64,000 bases of DNA. It comes from Schizochytrium sp. TIO01. Its lineage: Eukaryota > Protista > Bigyra: Labyrinthulomycetes. The translations under genes and the position numbers were made by a program. Below are positions 46,001-59,200 of the stretch, piece by piece (position 1 is the stretch's first letter; each line of letters opens with the position of its first letter). The notes beneath the pieces are model-generated. The model worked only from the letters and a program-made list of their open reading frames with translations, had not been told where the DNA came from and did not search any database. The DNA is taken from NCBI GenBank assembly GCA_004764695.1, contig SMSO01000036.1, positions 1,178,001 to 1,242,000 of the forward strand, in the 5' to 3' direction.

Positions 46001-49000
46001 ACACTTTTTAAGGAACGGTTGGACCCTCGTGGGATCTTTAGTTTCAGCAAGAATCTCGAGCAATTCGTCATTAGATAGGAAGAAGAAGCGAGAAAAGTAA
46101 AGCCGCTTGGTTTCCAGGTAAGAACTAAGACCTTTATTAATTTCCTCAAGTGTCTCATTAGTTTCAACGAACTGGTCTAACAAGTGATCCACTTTTGCGA
46201 TTAGCATGACCTTTCGTGCAGAATGGACTAGATCCATAATATCCCGCCAAGTTTTGGTAACCTGCAAAAACTTATGGCCTTCTTTTGGCATTTGTTTCAT
46301 AATATCTTCCGACGCAAAGATTGGCTCCAAGTAAAGCCACGATGCTTGAACTTTCACCCAAGCATCAATGAGATCTCGAGTGTACACCAGAAAGTGCTCC
46401 CACTCAGCCATTTTAGATTCCATAAATTTGCAAAAAGGAGATCCGCGGATGGTTTGAGTCTTAATAAGATGATCATCAAGCAAAGTCTGTAGCTCATCAA
46501 TATTTGTACCTTGTAAAATGTAGGTTCCTGAGTCTTTGTAAGGTTGGGTAGCAAACTCCAATGGTGCCCATTCATTAAGCATTTTGTCGTACGCATTTTC
46601 GATAGATTGCTCCTTGGATGCACCTTCAGAAATCGCTTCTAATGCCTCGAGGTGTTCGCCTACTTGAAGCTCCAGCAGGCGTGCCAGCGTTGTAGTATCA
46701 TCGGGAACAAGGGGAAAGCCAAGTTTGTCTGAAATTTGCGTCCAATGTCGGTCTCTGAGACCACTGTTTCGAAATGACGTTGAGAAGGGGCAACTCTTGG
46801 CGAAATTCTGAGAGCTTGCTTTTGATAAGATCCGCACATGCTGAACTGGTAGGGCTCTCGGATTGAAGCTTCTCTGCAAGCTGGTGGGCTTGTCGAAACA
46901 TTTCTGTTACTTCCCTCTCTACAGACTCGCCATCTAAAGTAAACACAACTCCATGGTTCCAGCGATGGTATTCCTTTTGGAAACGATCTGCAAGAGTCCA
47001 AAGCGCCTCATAAGGTTCTAAGGAGGCTTCGACCAGCACCAAGTTCTTGAAGTCTTTGTGCATGAGTCCAAGCCGCTCCTCCTCTTCTTGCAAAAGCTCT
47101 GCACGCCGTTTTGCTGCTTCCACCATCTCACGAACTTCTTCTGTAGAGCGTAATTGCGCCTTTGTGTAGCGAATGTCACCTTTTTCCTTAAGTTTACCTA
47201 CAGCTTTTTCGATTCCTGAAATTTCCTGCATGAATCGGTCGCGATCAAGTTTGAATTGGCCCTCCAGTTTCTCTCGCTCGTGACGAAGCTGAGAAGCAGC
47301 GTCTTCAACAAGACGATCTATTTTATTAACCCAGGAAAATGTAATACCAAGTGGACGCAATAATTCTGCTTCTACCTGGGCTTGATTCTTGAATAGAAAT
47401 TGCAGCCTTTCATCGATTGCCTGAACATCTGATAAAAGCTCATCAAGCCCACGGCTTTGAAACAAACGAACATACGCTTCAGCTTCAATAAGAGCATGTG
47501 AATCGACAGGAACTTTGGCAAGATGTTCTGCAGATTCGCTAAAACTTTTACAGACATCTAAATTACGTCTGATAGTATCCTGGACAATATATTTCAAAAT
47601 ATGTTGGCGTTGCTCTTCTGCCTCTCGATCAATACGAATATTTAGTTCTTGGCACTGAATCGTCTGAATGCCTAAAACAAGAGCAAATCTTGTCTCCTTC
47701 TCAACACGGTTCTGCAAACTTTGCCGAGAATTGAGGTCTGCTTGAAAGTCTTTGAGGTTTCTTAAAGGGTCTAGACTCGCCTCCAACTGCGACCATGCAT
47801 TAAAAATAGGCTCGAACGCAGCGTACGCTTGAATTGCACCTTGACAAAGTTCGTTACTTGCAAATAGCACTTGCTCAATGTCGAGCTTTATCTTTCCAAT
47901 TGCGTCTTCAGTTGGGGAAATATCAAGAACGTAGGTTCGTTGATGTGCCAGAGCATTTGCAAGACCAATACTTTCGGGGTCATAATCTTCAGAATCGTCT
48001 TGAACCTGATTTGTGGTAACGTCTTCCTGGGATCCTGAATCCAGTCCGAGCCCAGGGTTCTCGACGTCATCGTCTAAATAGTCTAGATTGAGACCAATAC
48101 CTTTTCGCTCGACGCGGACAACCCGGTTCATGCATGTAGCGACTGTGTTAATAATTTTTATTACACCTTTTGAAATATCATCAAATGAGGTCTCCAAAAT
48201 GATTTCCTTGGGCATGTCCTTATCTGCATCTGAATCAAGCACAATCAGTCGATTTAAAAAAGCACTCCGTCGTGTCTGAGTCTCCTCAGATGTAAATGGA
48301 TGCCTTTGAATCTGTGTGAGACTACCAAGACCAAATTTCCGGAAGAACGCCCGAAGTTGTTCAAGAGATCTCAGGACCATTGAACGGATTTGAATACTCA
48401 TCAAAGTCGCTGCACTTTCAAAAAGCATCTGCAGAGCTTGCTGTGAGAAGTCACAAAGACGAAGACCAACAGGGTCAAGCTTTGGGGCTTCTTGTTTAGC
48501 AGCCTCAGCAAAGATGCGCACAACCTCAGGGTGCCATTTATGTTGCAAAATGTCTCGCACCTCTTGAGCATGTAGTTCTTGCCTTTCTACGAAGCTCTGT
48601 AGGACTGGTGGTGTCCAGCCTTGGCGTAAGGCTTCGTCATCAGAAATCGGAACGTCAACAAAAAGTAAGTGATCATAGTCTTGCCAAAGAGCAAGCATTC
48701 GTCGAATAAGAGGATTGATGAGTGTCAGCTTCTCTTCCAGCTGAGTGCGCGCATTTCGAAACGAATCTCGCCACAGTCTTAACGTGGATTCACTGCTAAC
48801 AGTATGTTTGGGAAGAATACAGCTTTTGGGAGTATACGGGATTTCTAATCGCACCCGCTGCGAAGTATCTCTAAGTAGATAATCAAGGGTTGCTCGTCGG
48901 ATTGCAGAAAAATATCTAGCTTCAACATCGTCAGTTAACTCCATCACAAGTTTCTGAAACTCCTCCACAAATTCTACTTGATTTGCTACTTCGCCTTGAG

Positions 49001-50670
49001 GCGTTGGCAGGAGTTCACTGACACGGTGAAGCCATTCAGGACACAGCGGCGCAAGAACCTTCTTATCTACACCATTTTCCACATACCACATGTACCGACG
49101 AATAATTCGATCATCATCTTCAGATTGATCCTTGAGATTTTCTGCTGGTGAGTTTACTTCCGGATTCTGGGATGCTTGTAATTCTTCTAAATTTCCTACA
49201 CCGATATGAACGAGGCCCTTTCCTAGCCTTCTTTGAACTCGTCTTAGTTTCTCATTGCGAGCAATGAGAGCCTCTGCGCGGAATGTCAAGAGGTTCACGC
49301 ATATCTGGAACATCGCGAGGAGAGTAGTTCGGCATCGGGAGGGGGTCACGATCAATGTTTCCTAAAGCTTGAGCACGGCGTGCATCAAGCTTTACCTCAG
49401 AAAGAAATGTTTCGCGGCGCTTGAGTGGAGCGACTATCCGTGAAAATTCAGACACTCCTGCATCAATCCCAGGTAGGGCCATGGAAGCTTTGGTGGCTCT
49501 TTTCTCTCCATCAGCTCTTGGACATTCGAGAAGGGAAGACGAAATACTAAGACAGTGAAGAAGGAGGTTCCGAGTTGCTGGTGAATAATATGTTCCAATA
49601 CGGTCGGACAGCTTCCGTTCGGTGTCATTTGGCGGAACATGTACAGCTGCACGTGTACGAGAGTATTGGTTCAAAAGAGGTGGATGCTCTTGCTCATTAC
49701 GGATCTCAGCTGAAAGACGCTGAAGACTTGCCTCTCTACGAATGTGTTTCAACTCGGGGAACTCGCAAGTTCGTCCGAGATATCCAAACCCCATTCCTTG
49801 AATAGATGTTGAAGACATTTGCTTCAAAGAAAGCCTCCAGCTATGTAAACCATTTGATTCAGAAGATGCCTCTGATGCATCTGTAGTTGATGCATAACTG
49901 AGTCGCCGAAGGGAAAGCTGGCGTCTTTCCAAGTTTTCAATAGACGGAGAATCCAACATAGAGTCTTTACATGATCCATCAGGATACCATGCACAGAGTA
50001 CACAATCATGTCTGCGCGCCGAGACACGACGATCGGCGCGTAAAGCTCGGGGGGATTCTACTTTTGTAAAGGGCGAAGGGGAGGAGGGAGGCCGCGGCTC
50101 GTGTAGCTTTGTGGAAGGAGCTCCGGGAAGCCCCCCACCTGGAGCAAATCTCAAAGACATCACGCCTTTGTGTACAATAAGTTTTCCGCATCCAAGGTCC
50201 AGGCCTACAGGATAGGCGCTTTCCCGAGCGATATAGCCAAAACCAAGGAGAATTGCTTGAACAATCGCTCGCATGATTTCTGCAACATGTTGAATATTCT
50301 CGCCAATAATGTCCCGACACCAATTGACAGCCCGAAAGTTCACCCGTACAGCACGTACACAGTCTTCATCCCGTGGTAAGCTTGCCAGTGAGCGAAGCCC
50401 AAAACGCTCTGTGTATTCACTTCCGACAATAAATGTTGGCACCACGGCGCCGTATTTGTATTTTCTGAATTGGACGATACCTAAATCAGGAATTACGAAT
50501 GAGTTCTTTTCTTGAGACTGCACCAGCAGCCAATTACAGAGACCATTCCAAACCTCTCGGCATGTGCTCTCCGCAACATCATTCTTGAGTGATGCTTTTG
50601 CAATATCGTAAGGCCTCAACTCCTTATAGGACGGTGGCACACTCGTAATCTCCGAGGCAGACTGCTCCAT
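37082..50670 (-). CDS. DNAH7: Axonemal single-headed inner-arm dynein heavy chain (DNAH7/3/12 group), ~4500 aa, split into three ORFs by +1 frameshifts near 49280 and 46770
   Basis: P-loops [100 protein letters not shown]; stalk coiled coil. The join at 46770 restores LPLLNVI-x-NSGLRDRHW. Exact paralogue name is tentative. Confidence 0.93.
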
Positions 50671-52030
50671 TCGCCTATACAACGAGATCTTCAACTATCA
50701 ACCTGCAGCGCCTATTTCGGAACGCGGGACCAATACTACAGTTCTCCACAAACGAATCACCGTCAGACCAAATGATTGTCTTGCTCAGATTAATCTGATG
50801 CCCTCGCGTGTTGTCGAGGCCCTCAAATACAGAACGTTGCTCTGCAACACCCTTTTCAGTCCTTTTCCTGTAGCGCTCAACACTCGCAAAGGACAAAGGC
50901 AGGGCTTAGCAAACCAGACCTCTTCACGATACCCAGACCCTCTCCACTCTGCAAGCGTCCCCGCGACGCTGCAGACCACGTTTGACAGAGCCTGGCCGGT
51001 TGGGATCACTGCTGCTGCAGCGGCTCCCAGAGTCCGCAACACTTGTGTTCTGTCTGGGACTCCTCTTTCCTTTCTTCTTCTCGTTCCCTTTCGTTTACTA
51101 CTGGTTACTACAAATAAGAGGAGAAGAGGTAAAAAAAAGTTTTAACTTTTTGTCTTCTTCCGTCGTCTCGTTCTCGCAATACGATGCAACAATAATGCCA
51201 GTACCCGCTTCTTTCAAGAAACATCGCTTTGCAGAGCTGTTTGCAAAGACATCTTAGTCAGTGCGGCATCGCGCTGCACAATTTCCTAGCCCATTCCATG
51301 TAAGACTTACGTCATCATGATCCATTTTATTTTTCCTATTTAGTTCTTTTCTCTTTCTATAAATTCTGTAGTACTGGTATGTTATTATTATTTATATTTG
51401 TTTTTAATAAAATCATTCTTCTCTTTTTCCTTTTTTGGAAAGGATGCGTTCAACGGCCATATGAATGGGTCAAGTAGAGGCACGGAGTTAAGTGGGATCG
51501 CTCGGAAACGCCTGACAGCCACTATAATGCTGTGCACTTCATGGATTTGAAGGAGAGAATAAACGAGACAGAAGAGGCCATCACCGAAGCACGCGTGCAT
51601 CAGTGATTCTCGCCTTGATGTAAGGTTTATAAGGTGATGTTCTTGCTCAACAAATGGAAGTTGATGCCAGCTCCTTCTGCTGGAGAGGCTGATAGCAACA
51701 TGCAAACTCAGAATATAAAGAGACTAATGATCAAAGATTCAACGTTTTGGGCTCGCGAGGCTTTTGTGGAAAGTATAAACTAAAAACCTGAATCGAGGGA
51801 AGTTTGAGAAGTAAACCTAGAACGGAAAAGTCGATTATACTAGAGTTAGGGCCTACGTAAAAACGTAGTGATCCCGTTTTAAAGAGTCTTGTAATATAAA
51901 TATGGCGAAGCTCTCAGTTGTCAAGATATCTGTGAAGAGTTAAGTCAGTGCATTGAGGTAAAAAGAAAAATGTCTCACAAATATTAAAAAAAAATAAAAA
52001 ATGAAATTCAAGTTGAAAATCAACTTTTCA

Positions 52031-54085
52031 TTAGTCCCATTTGAAAATTGGCAAAGGGTGGGCCTCAGTAGAGAATACATATTTGTCGAGTGGGATGACA
52101 TCATCCGGAGAAAATAAAAGATACAGATATTTGAGCGTTTCCGCGACAAAGAAAGAGTCCATTTTGTCATTGTAAACAGGTGGCAGCTGAGTCACATCAT
52201 TAATTCCACTGTAACCGCCTGTCGGGATACGAGCGTACTTTTCAATAGCCTGAAAAATATTCCAGCCCCATTCCCTATATGTGGGATTCTTTGTGACTCG
52301 CCACAAAATAAAAAGCGACTCCGCCGTCTCAGGCCGCAAGAGGGAGTGCTTAGCTCCAGCTTTGGGCTTAATCTCGAGGTCTTGATCCATATGTGCAATT
52401 TCTGGAGCCAATCCAGTTGCTGTAGTGCTATACATAGCATAACATGTTTTCATAAGTCGTTCTGCAATCGCAAGGTGGCTGTGTGTGGCATGATCTTTGA
52501 CAGAGCTGCCAGCGCCACGTATTGAGCCGAGTGCCAGCATACCAGGAACGAAACAAACAAGATGGTCCATTTTTTTAATGGGTTTGTGCGGTTCGTTCTT
52601 GTTCATCTCAGCCACATAGGTTAGAGCATTCTTTCCACTTGTTTTCATAAGTAAATGTTTCGTCATACCCATCATGGATGTATCATACATGCGCAATAAC
52701 CAGTCCTCCGAGCAATCTGTTTGAATATAAGTCTTGAGAAAATACTCATAAAGACTATCTCCTCGTGCACCGAATGTAATGATTGGATTTCCTTTCACAT
52801 CACCTGTTTCTGGGTGCACAAACATAGGAAAGAGTCCATCGAGGACGTCGTTGCTTCTAGAGTCTTGCATTCTGCCTTCGAAGAAGCGAAAGACTCGGTC
52901 TACCCTCTCACGATATTCTCGCTTCCCCGTGAGCTTGGCAAGGTAGCGAAATTCTAGTTGCAAGGTCCCTGCTTCTGCTACGGAGCTTGCATGTTGAACC
53001 CACGAAGGATTGTATTTTTTTCCTGATTTAAGGCCGAGGGTGCCATAAGGAATGCCAGTCTTGCTTTGGAATGCTGGAAGGAGTTTTGTCGCAAGATCAT
53101 CCGCAAAGTCGAGTAGTGGCTGCCTACCTGAAAGTGCGTAAGCACTCAACAGCCCGCCAACAACACGGATAGTTGTCTCAAAAACATTGATATTTTCCTG
53201 ATCTCCAAATTTAAGATTCTTGACCACCCATGCATATTGCTCCTCAAAGATATCGTCGAGACCCATGATTAGGGCAGTGTCCATGCTATCGACAATTGAA
53301 ATAGCCATGCCGAGAAAGTCGTCACTGCCAGATTTGGATACTGGGTGCAGCGAGTCTTTGCCCCATGCATACGTCTTGTAACCCTTCCAAGCGTGCAAGA
53401 AACCCTCCTTCACAGCATTCCTCCGATCACCGGCCTCCAGAAATTCCTGATGAGCTCCCTTGCCTCCATGATCCCACGGATGCTTCACGCTAAGATTACT
53501 CATATCTAAATCGTCTGCTTCTACACGAGCATCCGCGCTATTCGTGCGAAGTGGTCCTCTAAGCTTGTGCCGGTTTTCAACTTGAAAGTCGCCTTTGGCA
53601 ACCATGGTCTCCCGAGCCAGCAATGTAAAATGGACAACCATAATCAACAAGGCTCCCGTCAAAAAACACAAGACCATCCCCCCAAGTTGCACTGCTAATT
53701 CACGATGACCCTTCCGTGGCCTTGAGCTGGCAAATAATCTGGCCTGCTGTTTATCGGCGTCACTCTCGGTTCTGGGAAGACTCTCTCTATGATTTGGAAA
53801 CACGCTATGACCATCATGCACCCCTGTGCACGATGTTGTGTATGAAGATCCTGTGTATACAGATGCAGAAGAAGAAGACGAAGAAGAAGAATACGGTAAT
53901 GGGGACGATGAGGAGGATGTCGTAGCATTTGGGTACAGCATGGTCGTTTGCCTGGCTGAAGATACGCCTTCATCTGTAGACGATGATGCCGTGGCCCAGG
54001 AGACGCTAGACGACGAAGAGACGAAGGTGGGTCCACGCAGGCCCACGCCAGAGCTGCCAGTTCCGCGCGACCTCAGGTCACCCAT
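52031..54085 (-). CDS. Class I alpha-1,2-mannosidase (GH47), type II membrane protein with Ser-rich cytosolic tail
   Basis: FLHAWKGYKTYAWGKD, FETTIRVVGGLLSAY, GARGDSLYEY, MDHLVCF, LRPETAESL, SFFVAETLKYLYLLF, STEAHP; single TM; first ATG at 54085. Confidence 0.96.
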   Translation of the reverse strand: MGDLRSRGTGSSGVGLRGPTFVSSSSSVSWATASSSTDEGVSSARQTTMLYPNATTSSSSSPLPYSSSSSSSSASVYTGSSYTTSCTGVHDGHSVFPNHRESLPRTESDADKQQARLFASSRPRKGHRELAVQLGGMVLCFLTGALLIMVVHFTLLARETMVAKGDFQVENRHKLRGPLRTNSADARVEADDLDMSNLSVKHPWDHGGKGAHQEFLEAGDRRNAVKEGFLHAWKGYKTYAWGKDSLHPVSKSGSDDFLGMAISIVDSMDTALIMGLDDIFEEQYAWVVKNLKFGDQENINVFETTIRVVGGLLSAYALSGRQPLLDFADDLATKLLPAFQSKTGIPYGTLGLKSGKKYNPSWVQHASSVAEAGTLQLEFRYLAKLTGKREYRERVDRVFRFFEGRMQDSRSNDVLDGLFPMFVHPETGDVKGNPIITFGARGDSLYEYFLKTYIQTDCSEDWLLRMYDTSMMGMTKHLLMKTSGKNALTYVAEMNKNEPHKPIKKMDHLVCFVPGMLALGSIRGAGSSVKDHATHSHLAIAERLMKTCYAMYSTTATGLAPEIAHMDQDLEIKPKAGAKHSLLRPETAESLFILWRVTKNPTYREWGWNIFQAIEKYARIPTGGYSGINDVTQLPPVYNDKMDSFFVAETLKYLYLLFSPDDVIPLDKYVFSTEAHPLPIFKWD

Positions 54086-54854
54086 GGTCGCTTCAAAGGT
54101 TCTTGGCAGAGGCACTGACAAAAGGATGTTTGAAGTAGCCTTCGCAGCAGCAGAAGACAATTTTACAAGCACGACAGGCTCAAGTTCTTACTGTGCCAGC
54201 TCACTCGTCTCTTTGTGTACTAGTGGTAAGAGTAGTTACTTAAGTAATAGAATTATTTTGATTAGTGACCTGAGAGACTAAAATGCACCTTGAGATTAAA
54301 ACAGTCAAGGATCTACATGGCCTAAATGATGAGACAACGAACAACTTGAGCAAATATTCTGCAATCCTAGGCTTTCACGCTACTAGATTAGGCCGTGTCA
54401 TATTCAGGACTGGGTTCTGATGATTTGTATAAGCGAAACATCATAACCCTGAAAAATCTGGCCATGGGAATGTTTATAGCACATTTTAGATGAAGTGCGT
54501 AAGGTTCCCGATTCGATTTAGAAAGAAAGTGAAACTCATAAATAGCTAGATTGTACCCATCGCTTGCAGTAATTGCACAACGCTTCAGCGATTCGGAGAA
54601 TGACACTTTCGTACTACTAGCTTGAGTAGAAACTGCTTCTTGACTTTCACGAACTCGTTCGCATGACCAGAGAGATCCCAAATATACAGAGCAAAGTGCT
54701 AAAATTTAATGAATTCAGACTTCTCCTTTCCGCTACTAGGAAGCAATTTTAATTATAATACCTAACCCCCCCTTTATTCACTTTAATCTAAAAAGGACGG
54801 GCACTCTTTTTCTTTTATTAAAATTAAAATTAAGGAAAGCCCAATTTATTCTAA

Positions 54855-55575
54855 CTCCAGCACAAGAAGCGATACCACAAGTACAAGGTCCCTGCAAGCT
54901 GGATGGATAACCCAGAGGCATGGTAGATACTTATTAGCGCGTACCAATTCATCAAGCTTTGTGCACACAGTGACGAAAACAACTCTTCAACCCAAGCAAA
55001 CTGGCTCGGGTCGTGGTACCTATTTGTTCCAGAGGAGCTTACCCGTGAGCGCCGATAATAAAAGTCATAAGTAACCTAATAATGATACAGCCTTATCATA
55101 TCTCCAGAGTCCTGACAATGATCGCTCCCATGGAATGGTCGAGCGATATCGACCTTGCTATCGTTCAACCAGTACTTTGCAAGCTTTGCGAATATCCAAC
55201 CAATGTCCCAAAGCTTTCAAAGTATATGCAGCGTGTGAAGCAAAAGCCAACACAAACTCAGGAGCATTGCGTAACATAGAATCAATGGAGGACGTCCTGG
55301 TCACCCTAAAATGGGTTAAAAAGCAGAAGCGAAAGGAAACCAACGGCCCACACTGCTCTCGTTTGCTCGATCACTGGTCACGTGTCCCTCTTCCATGCTG
55401 CGTAGAGCGCAGGCAGCTGCCGCCTGGAGACAATGACGGACTGGAGGGGCGCCCGAAGCCTGTCTCGACTGCCTCAATGACCACTTACGCATCCGAAAGA
55501 ACCCAAATGTAATGCAGACTCTCGTTCAATCAACAACTAACTTGAGCTCAAACCTTAAAAAAAAAAAAAAAAAAA
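54855..55575 (+). mobile_element. Possible decayed, 5'-truncated LINE 3' end with poly(A) tail
   Basis: Fragments ISRVLT..HG, VLCKLCEY (CxxC knuckle-like) and MEDVLVTLKWVKK resemble LINE ORF2 C-termini; ~19-nt A tract at 55557-55575; no clear TSD. Confidence 0.3.
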
Positions 55576-55920
55576 CTAAAACGAAGTTGCCATTCCTTCC
55601 CATATTAGCAAAGTAATACATACCCCTGGTCCTTTGCTCATGCCACCCAATTCAAACTGTGCGCGCATTCTTTTAATTTGCGCTAGGTCCTTCTATCACA
55701 TATTACCTGCACCGGTGTAGTATCCGATTAATAGTATGTTAGTATTTCTTGGTCTTGTACGCGAATGCCCCAGAACGGTTACGCCCGTAGTTCTGCTTGA
55801 AACGATCGGCGAGTTTGCGCTATGTGGTGATAGAGGTGTCTTAGCGGGATCTGTTTGCTCGCTCTGACGGGTGCGCCACTAGGTAAAACTCTTAGTGGTG
55901 TTCTAGGAAAGGGATTCTGG

Positions 55921-56163
55921 GCTCCCGTTTGAATGAGAGCGGCGCGGAAAAGGTTCAAACTCCCGTTTTCGATTGCAGCGCGTGGACTTCGTCCTTGCGC
56001 CCTCTAGAAGGCCTGGCTGAGAAGAGCAGAGCCCTCCCAGGCCAACCCTGGCCCAAGGCGGCCCAAGGCAGGCGGCCTGCGCTGAAGCTGCGGGTTCTAG
56101 AGGTTGAAATCCAAAGTCGAAGTTTGAAATTTGACCTTCAAAATTCAAAATTCGAAATTTAAA
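55921..56163. promoter_or_regulatory. Cluster of CHR-like (TTTGAA) and MYB/MSA-like (AACGG) motifs upstream of ASPM
   Basis: TTTGAA/TTCAAA at 55928, 55954, 56123, 56137, 56144; TTCGAA 56151; TTTAAA 56158; CCGTT at 55925 and 55963. Confidence 0.45.
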
Positions 56164-56253
56164 GCTGCGGAATTGATTGCAAAGGAAAGCATAAGCAAAA
56201 CCAAAACTTGCTCGAAAGAGCACAATTCGAGGCAGAAGCCACTCTAGCGCAAG

Positions 56254-59200
56254 ATGATGCGCAAGGGCTCCGTGTTTGAGATCCAGTGGACGCCACCGCC
56301 CGCCGTGCGCGTGCTGGACGAGGAGCTTGGTCAGCAGACGGAACAGGCCGGCAGTGACGATGTCTATGACGATGCTTGTGACGACGGAGATCTGCTTCAA
56401 GGCGGTCTCGTGGAGCTTGAGGGCGAGTCAAAGAATGGACAAGATGCCCTTCCGCGCGTAGAGATCGTTCTGCAGCGGGCTCAGCACCAACCACTGCTTG
56501 AGTTTGGCTCGCTACCAGCGCTTAATGAGACTGATACTCCGTATGAGGGCGAGATTATTCTTGTAAATGAAAGCCCAAACCCAGTTGGTGTCAGGCTTGA
56601 GCGCTTCAGCACTCGCCATGGCTTCGAAATTGCCATTCCTGAGCACGCCTCTGTCGACGGAGCTCACTGGACGGTCCCTGCGGAGGGCTCCCGCGTCTGC
56701 AGAATCTCTTGGAAGCCCACGGCAGCTGGCGGAGTTCGTCAAAGCGTCCAGTTTGGCTTTCTCAACGCACAGCGCCGCCGAGTCCATGCAGGAGCTTTCG
56801 TTTGCGGTGTTGCGCAGAATCTAGAAAACACTACGTCTGCAATGACTAAGAAACGCCTCAGAGCTGCCACTGTAAGCAGCAACACATCTAGGAACAACGC
56901 ACCTGGAAAGATGACCAGTGGTATCAGCAGAACTACGGAGATGAATGCAAAACTGAAGACCGCAAGGCAAGCCAGACCCAGGGACGAGGACGCAGAGAAC
57001 AGGCCGCGAAGAACAAATGCAGCAGCACCTTTAAGAGACTCAGGAAGGGTTAATCGAGGCGTAGAAATGGAACGTGGACCTGTTGTGCGTAAGCCGACGA
57101 GGACAACGGCAAGGCCCGCGGCAGCCCTAAGACTTCAGCGAAGGGCAGCAGAGACAGAGGTAGCGTCAGGAAAGAAAAAGTTGGCGATTGCTGGTATTGG
57201 AAGTGACGATCTAAAAACGCACCAAATCAAGTTTGATGAACTATGGATGGAAAAGCAGGAAAAGGGATTTGCAGCATGGCTCAATTTTGTAATGGACCCT
57301 GAGCAGAATGACGTGGCGGCAGCTGCCGAGGAAGGGGAAATGGCTCGGCAGGCATTAGCTGAGCTCGCGAGAAAACAACGACAGGCTGCGCTTCAGAGAA
57401 AGGCCTTCATGATCATGCACAGCGAAGACATGCAGGAAACAAGTCTTCAGATTGACAGAGAAATTGCCAGTGGGGGTATTTCAATTCGCGCTGACAGGGA
57501 CATGTTCAAGGACCTTGGTTTGAGGAGGCTAGTTCTCGATATGATATTCTGCTACCAAGATGCTTGGCTCCGAATTGGCCTTAATACCGTGCTTGGTGGA
57601 CATACTCTACAACATCACACCACAGCACGCCGCTCATTGAAGCGCTTCGCAACAACGTATTTCCTCGGAGATCCGGAGCTTGATGAGGAGTACCGCGACA
57701 CTCGTAAGGGACTCTTTGATGAAAACCCGGAGTACAAACAAGAGCTGCGACGACGGACCCTGCGGCGATTCCTCAAACTTGTAATTTTCTTAGACCGTGC
57801 TAAGCAGGCAAGTTTAATTGACCATCCCAGCTGTCTATTTAGAGTTGACGCACCGATTAAGTCATCCGCTGACATGCTCATTAACTTTGCTAAAGAGTTC
57901 CTCGCAGGCGAAGGTAATGTTCTCAGACATATGCAAAACTCGTGTGGATACTCTCTTCATCATGTGCAGCGTACACTTGACGAATTTGACTTTCGTGTAA
58001 CTAATTTGGCTGTAGACCTTCGCGACGGACTTCGCCTTACTCGTGCAGTAGAGCTCCTCACTGAGAACAAGGAGAGAAGCTTGTCTGATCTCATGCGTGT
58101 GCCAGCAGTCAGCCGCCTCCAAAAGCTTCACAATACAGATGTTGCTTTAAAAGAGCTTGAACGCAGTGGCATTAACCTCAGCTTCTCCCAGCAGTCTCTC
58201 TCGGTCTCGCCTCGTTCTGTTCAAGGAAAGATGGATACAATCACGAACCGAGACATTGTTGATGGCGACCGCCGCAAAACATTAGCACTTCTTTGGAAGA
58301 TGATCTTGAAGTGGAAGCTCGATGTCATTCTTCCTCAAAATGTTCTTGCAGAAGAAACACAGCAGATTCGCAGTCTGCACGGAAAAACGGCATCTCGCAT
58401 TCTGTCAACATCTTCGCAACTTGCTGAGCACCATAAGGAGCAGCTTAAGGAGCAGCGTAGAAACGCTCTCACTGATGAGGATAACGAATCCAATGACGAG
58501 GAGTCTAAATCCACAGAGACAACCAAAGATATGCTTCTTAAATGGTGTCAAGTTATTTGTGCGCACCATGGCCTTCGTGTATCAAACCTCACAACTTCGA
58601 TGGCCTCAGGCCGTGCTTTGTGTTTACTGATTCATCACTACCACCCAGGGTTGCTACCTCGCGAAGCCATCAAGGAGACCGCCATTGATATCTGCCGGTC
58701 ACGCCACCCTGATAGCTATCCAGCTGACTTGGAATGGAGTGTACACAATTCTGACGATATGAGTAGGTCTGAGTATCGCAAGGCATTGGACAACGAACGA
58801 GCTAACTTCCAGCTCGTGAACGAATGTGCTGCAGCGCTAGGCTCCGTTCCTGTGTTATTACCACAGTTTGACTCAGAGAACATTCCTGAGGAGAAGATGA
58901 TGATGCTCTTCGTGTCGTATCTTTGCTCTCGTCTCCTAGTCTCTCGCGATGAGATTGTTGCTGCAAAGAAGATTCAGAGAGTGTGGATCTGTTACAGACA
59001 GTCTAAGTACTTGCGGGAGCTTGGAGAAAGATCTCTTGAATCGGCTGTTACTGCACAAAAAACTATTCGTATGTTTCTGGCCAAGCGTCGCGCAAATAAG
59101 ATGCGTCAGATCCGCAAGCTTCAGGCATTCGTGCGCGGCTACCCTGTGCGCATTGCATATTGCGAACTTCGCAATGCGGCCATTAAGCTCCAATCCTTCT

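Noticed and set aside
46760-49290. Programmed ribosomal frameshifting or pseudogenisation of dynein
   Set aside because: No common slippery or stop-adjacent motif, all motor motifs are intact, and ASPM shows the same +1 pattern.
53826-54281. Acidic 151-aa ORF on the + strand
   Set aside because: Antisense shadow of the Ser-rich N-terminus of the GH47 gene.
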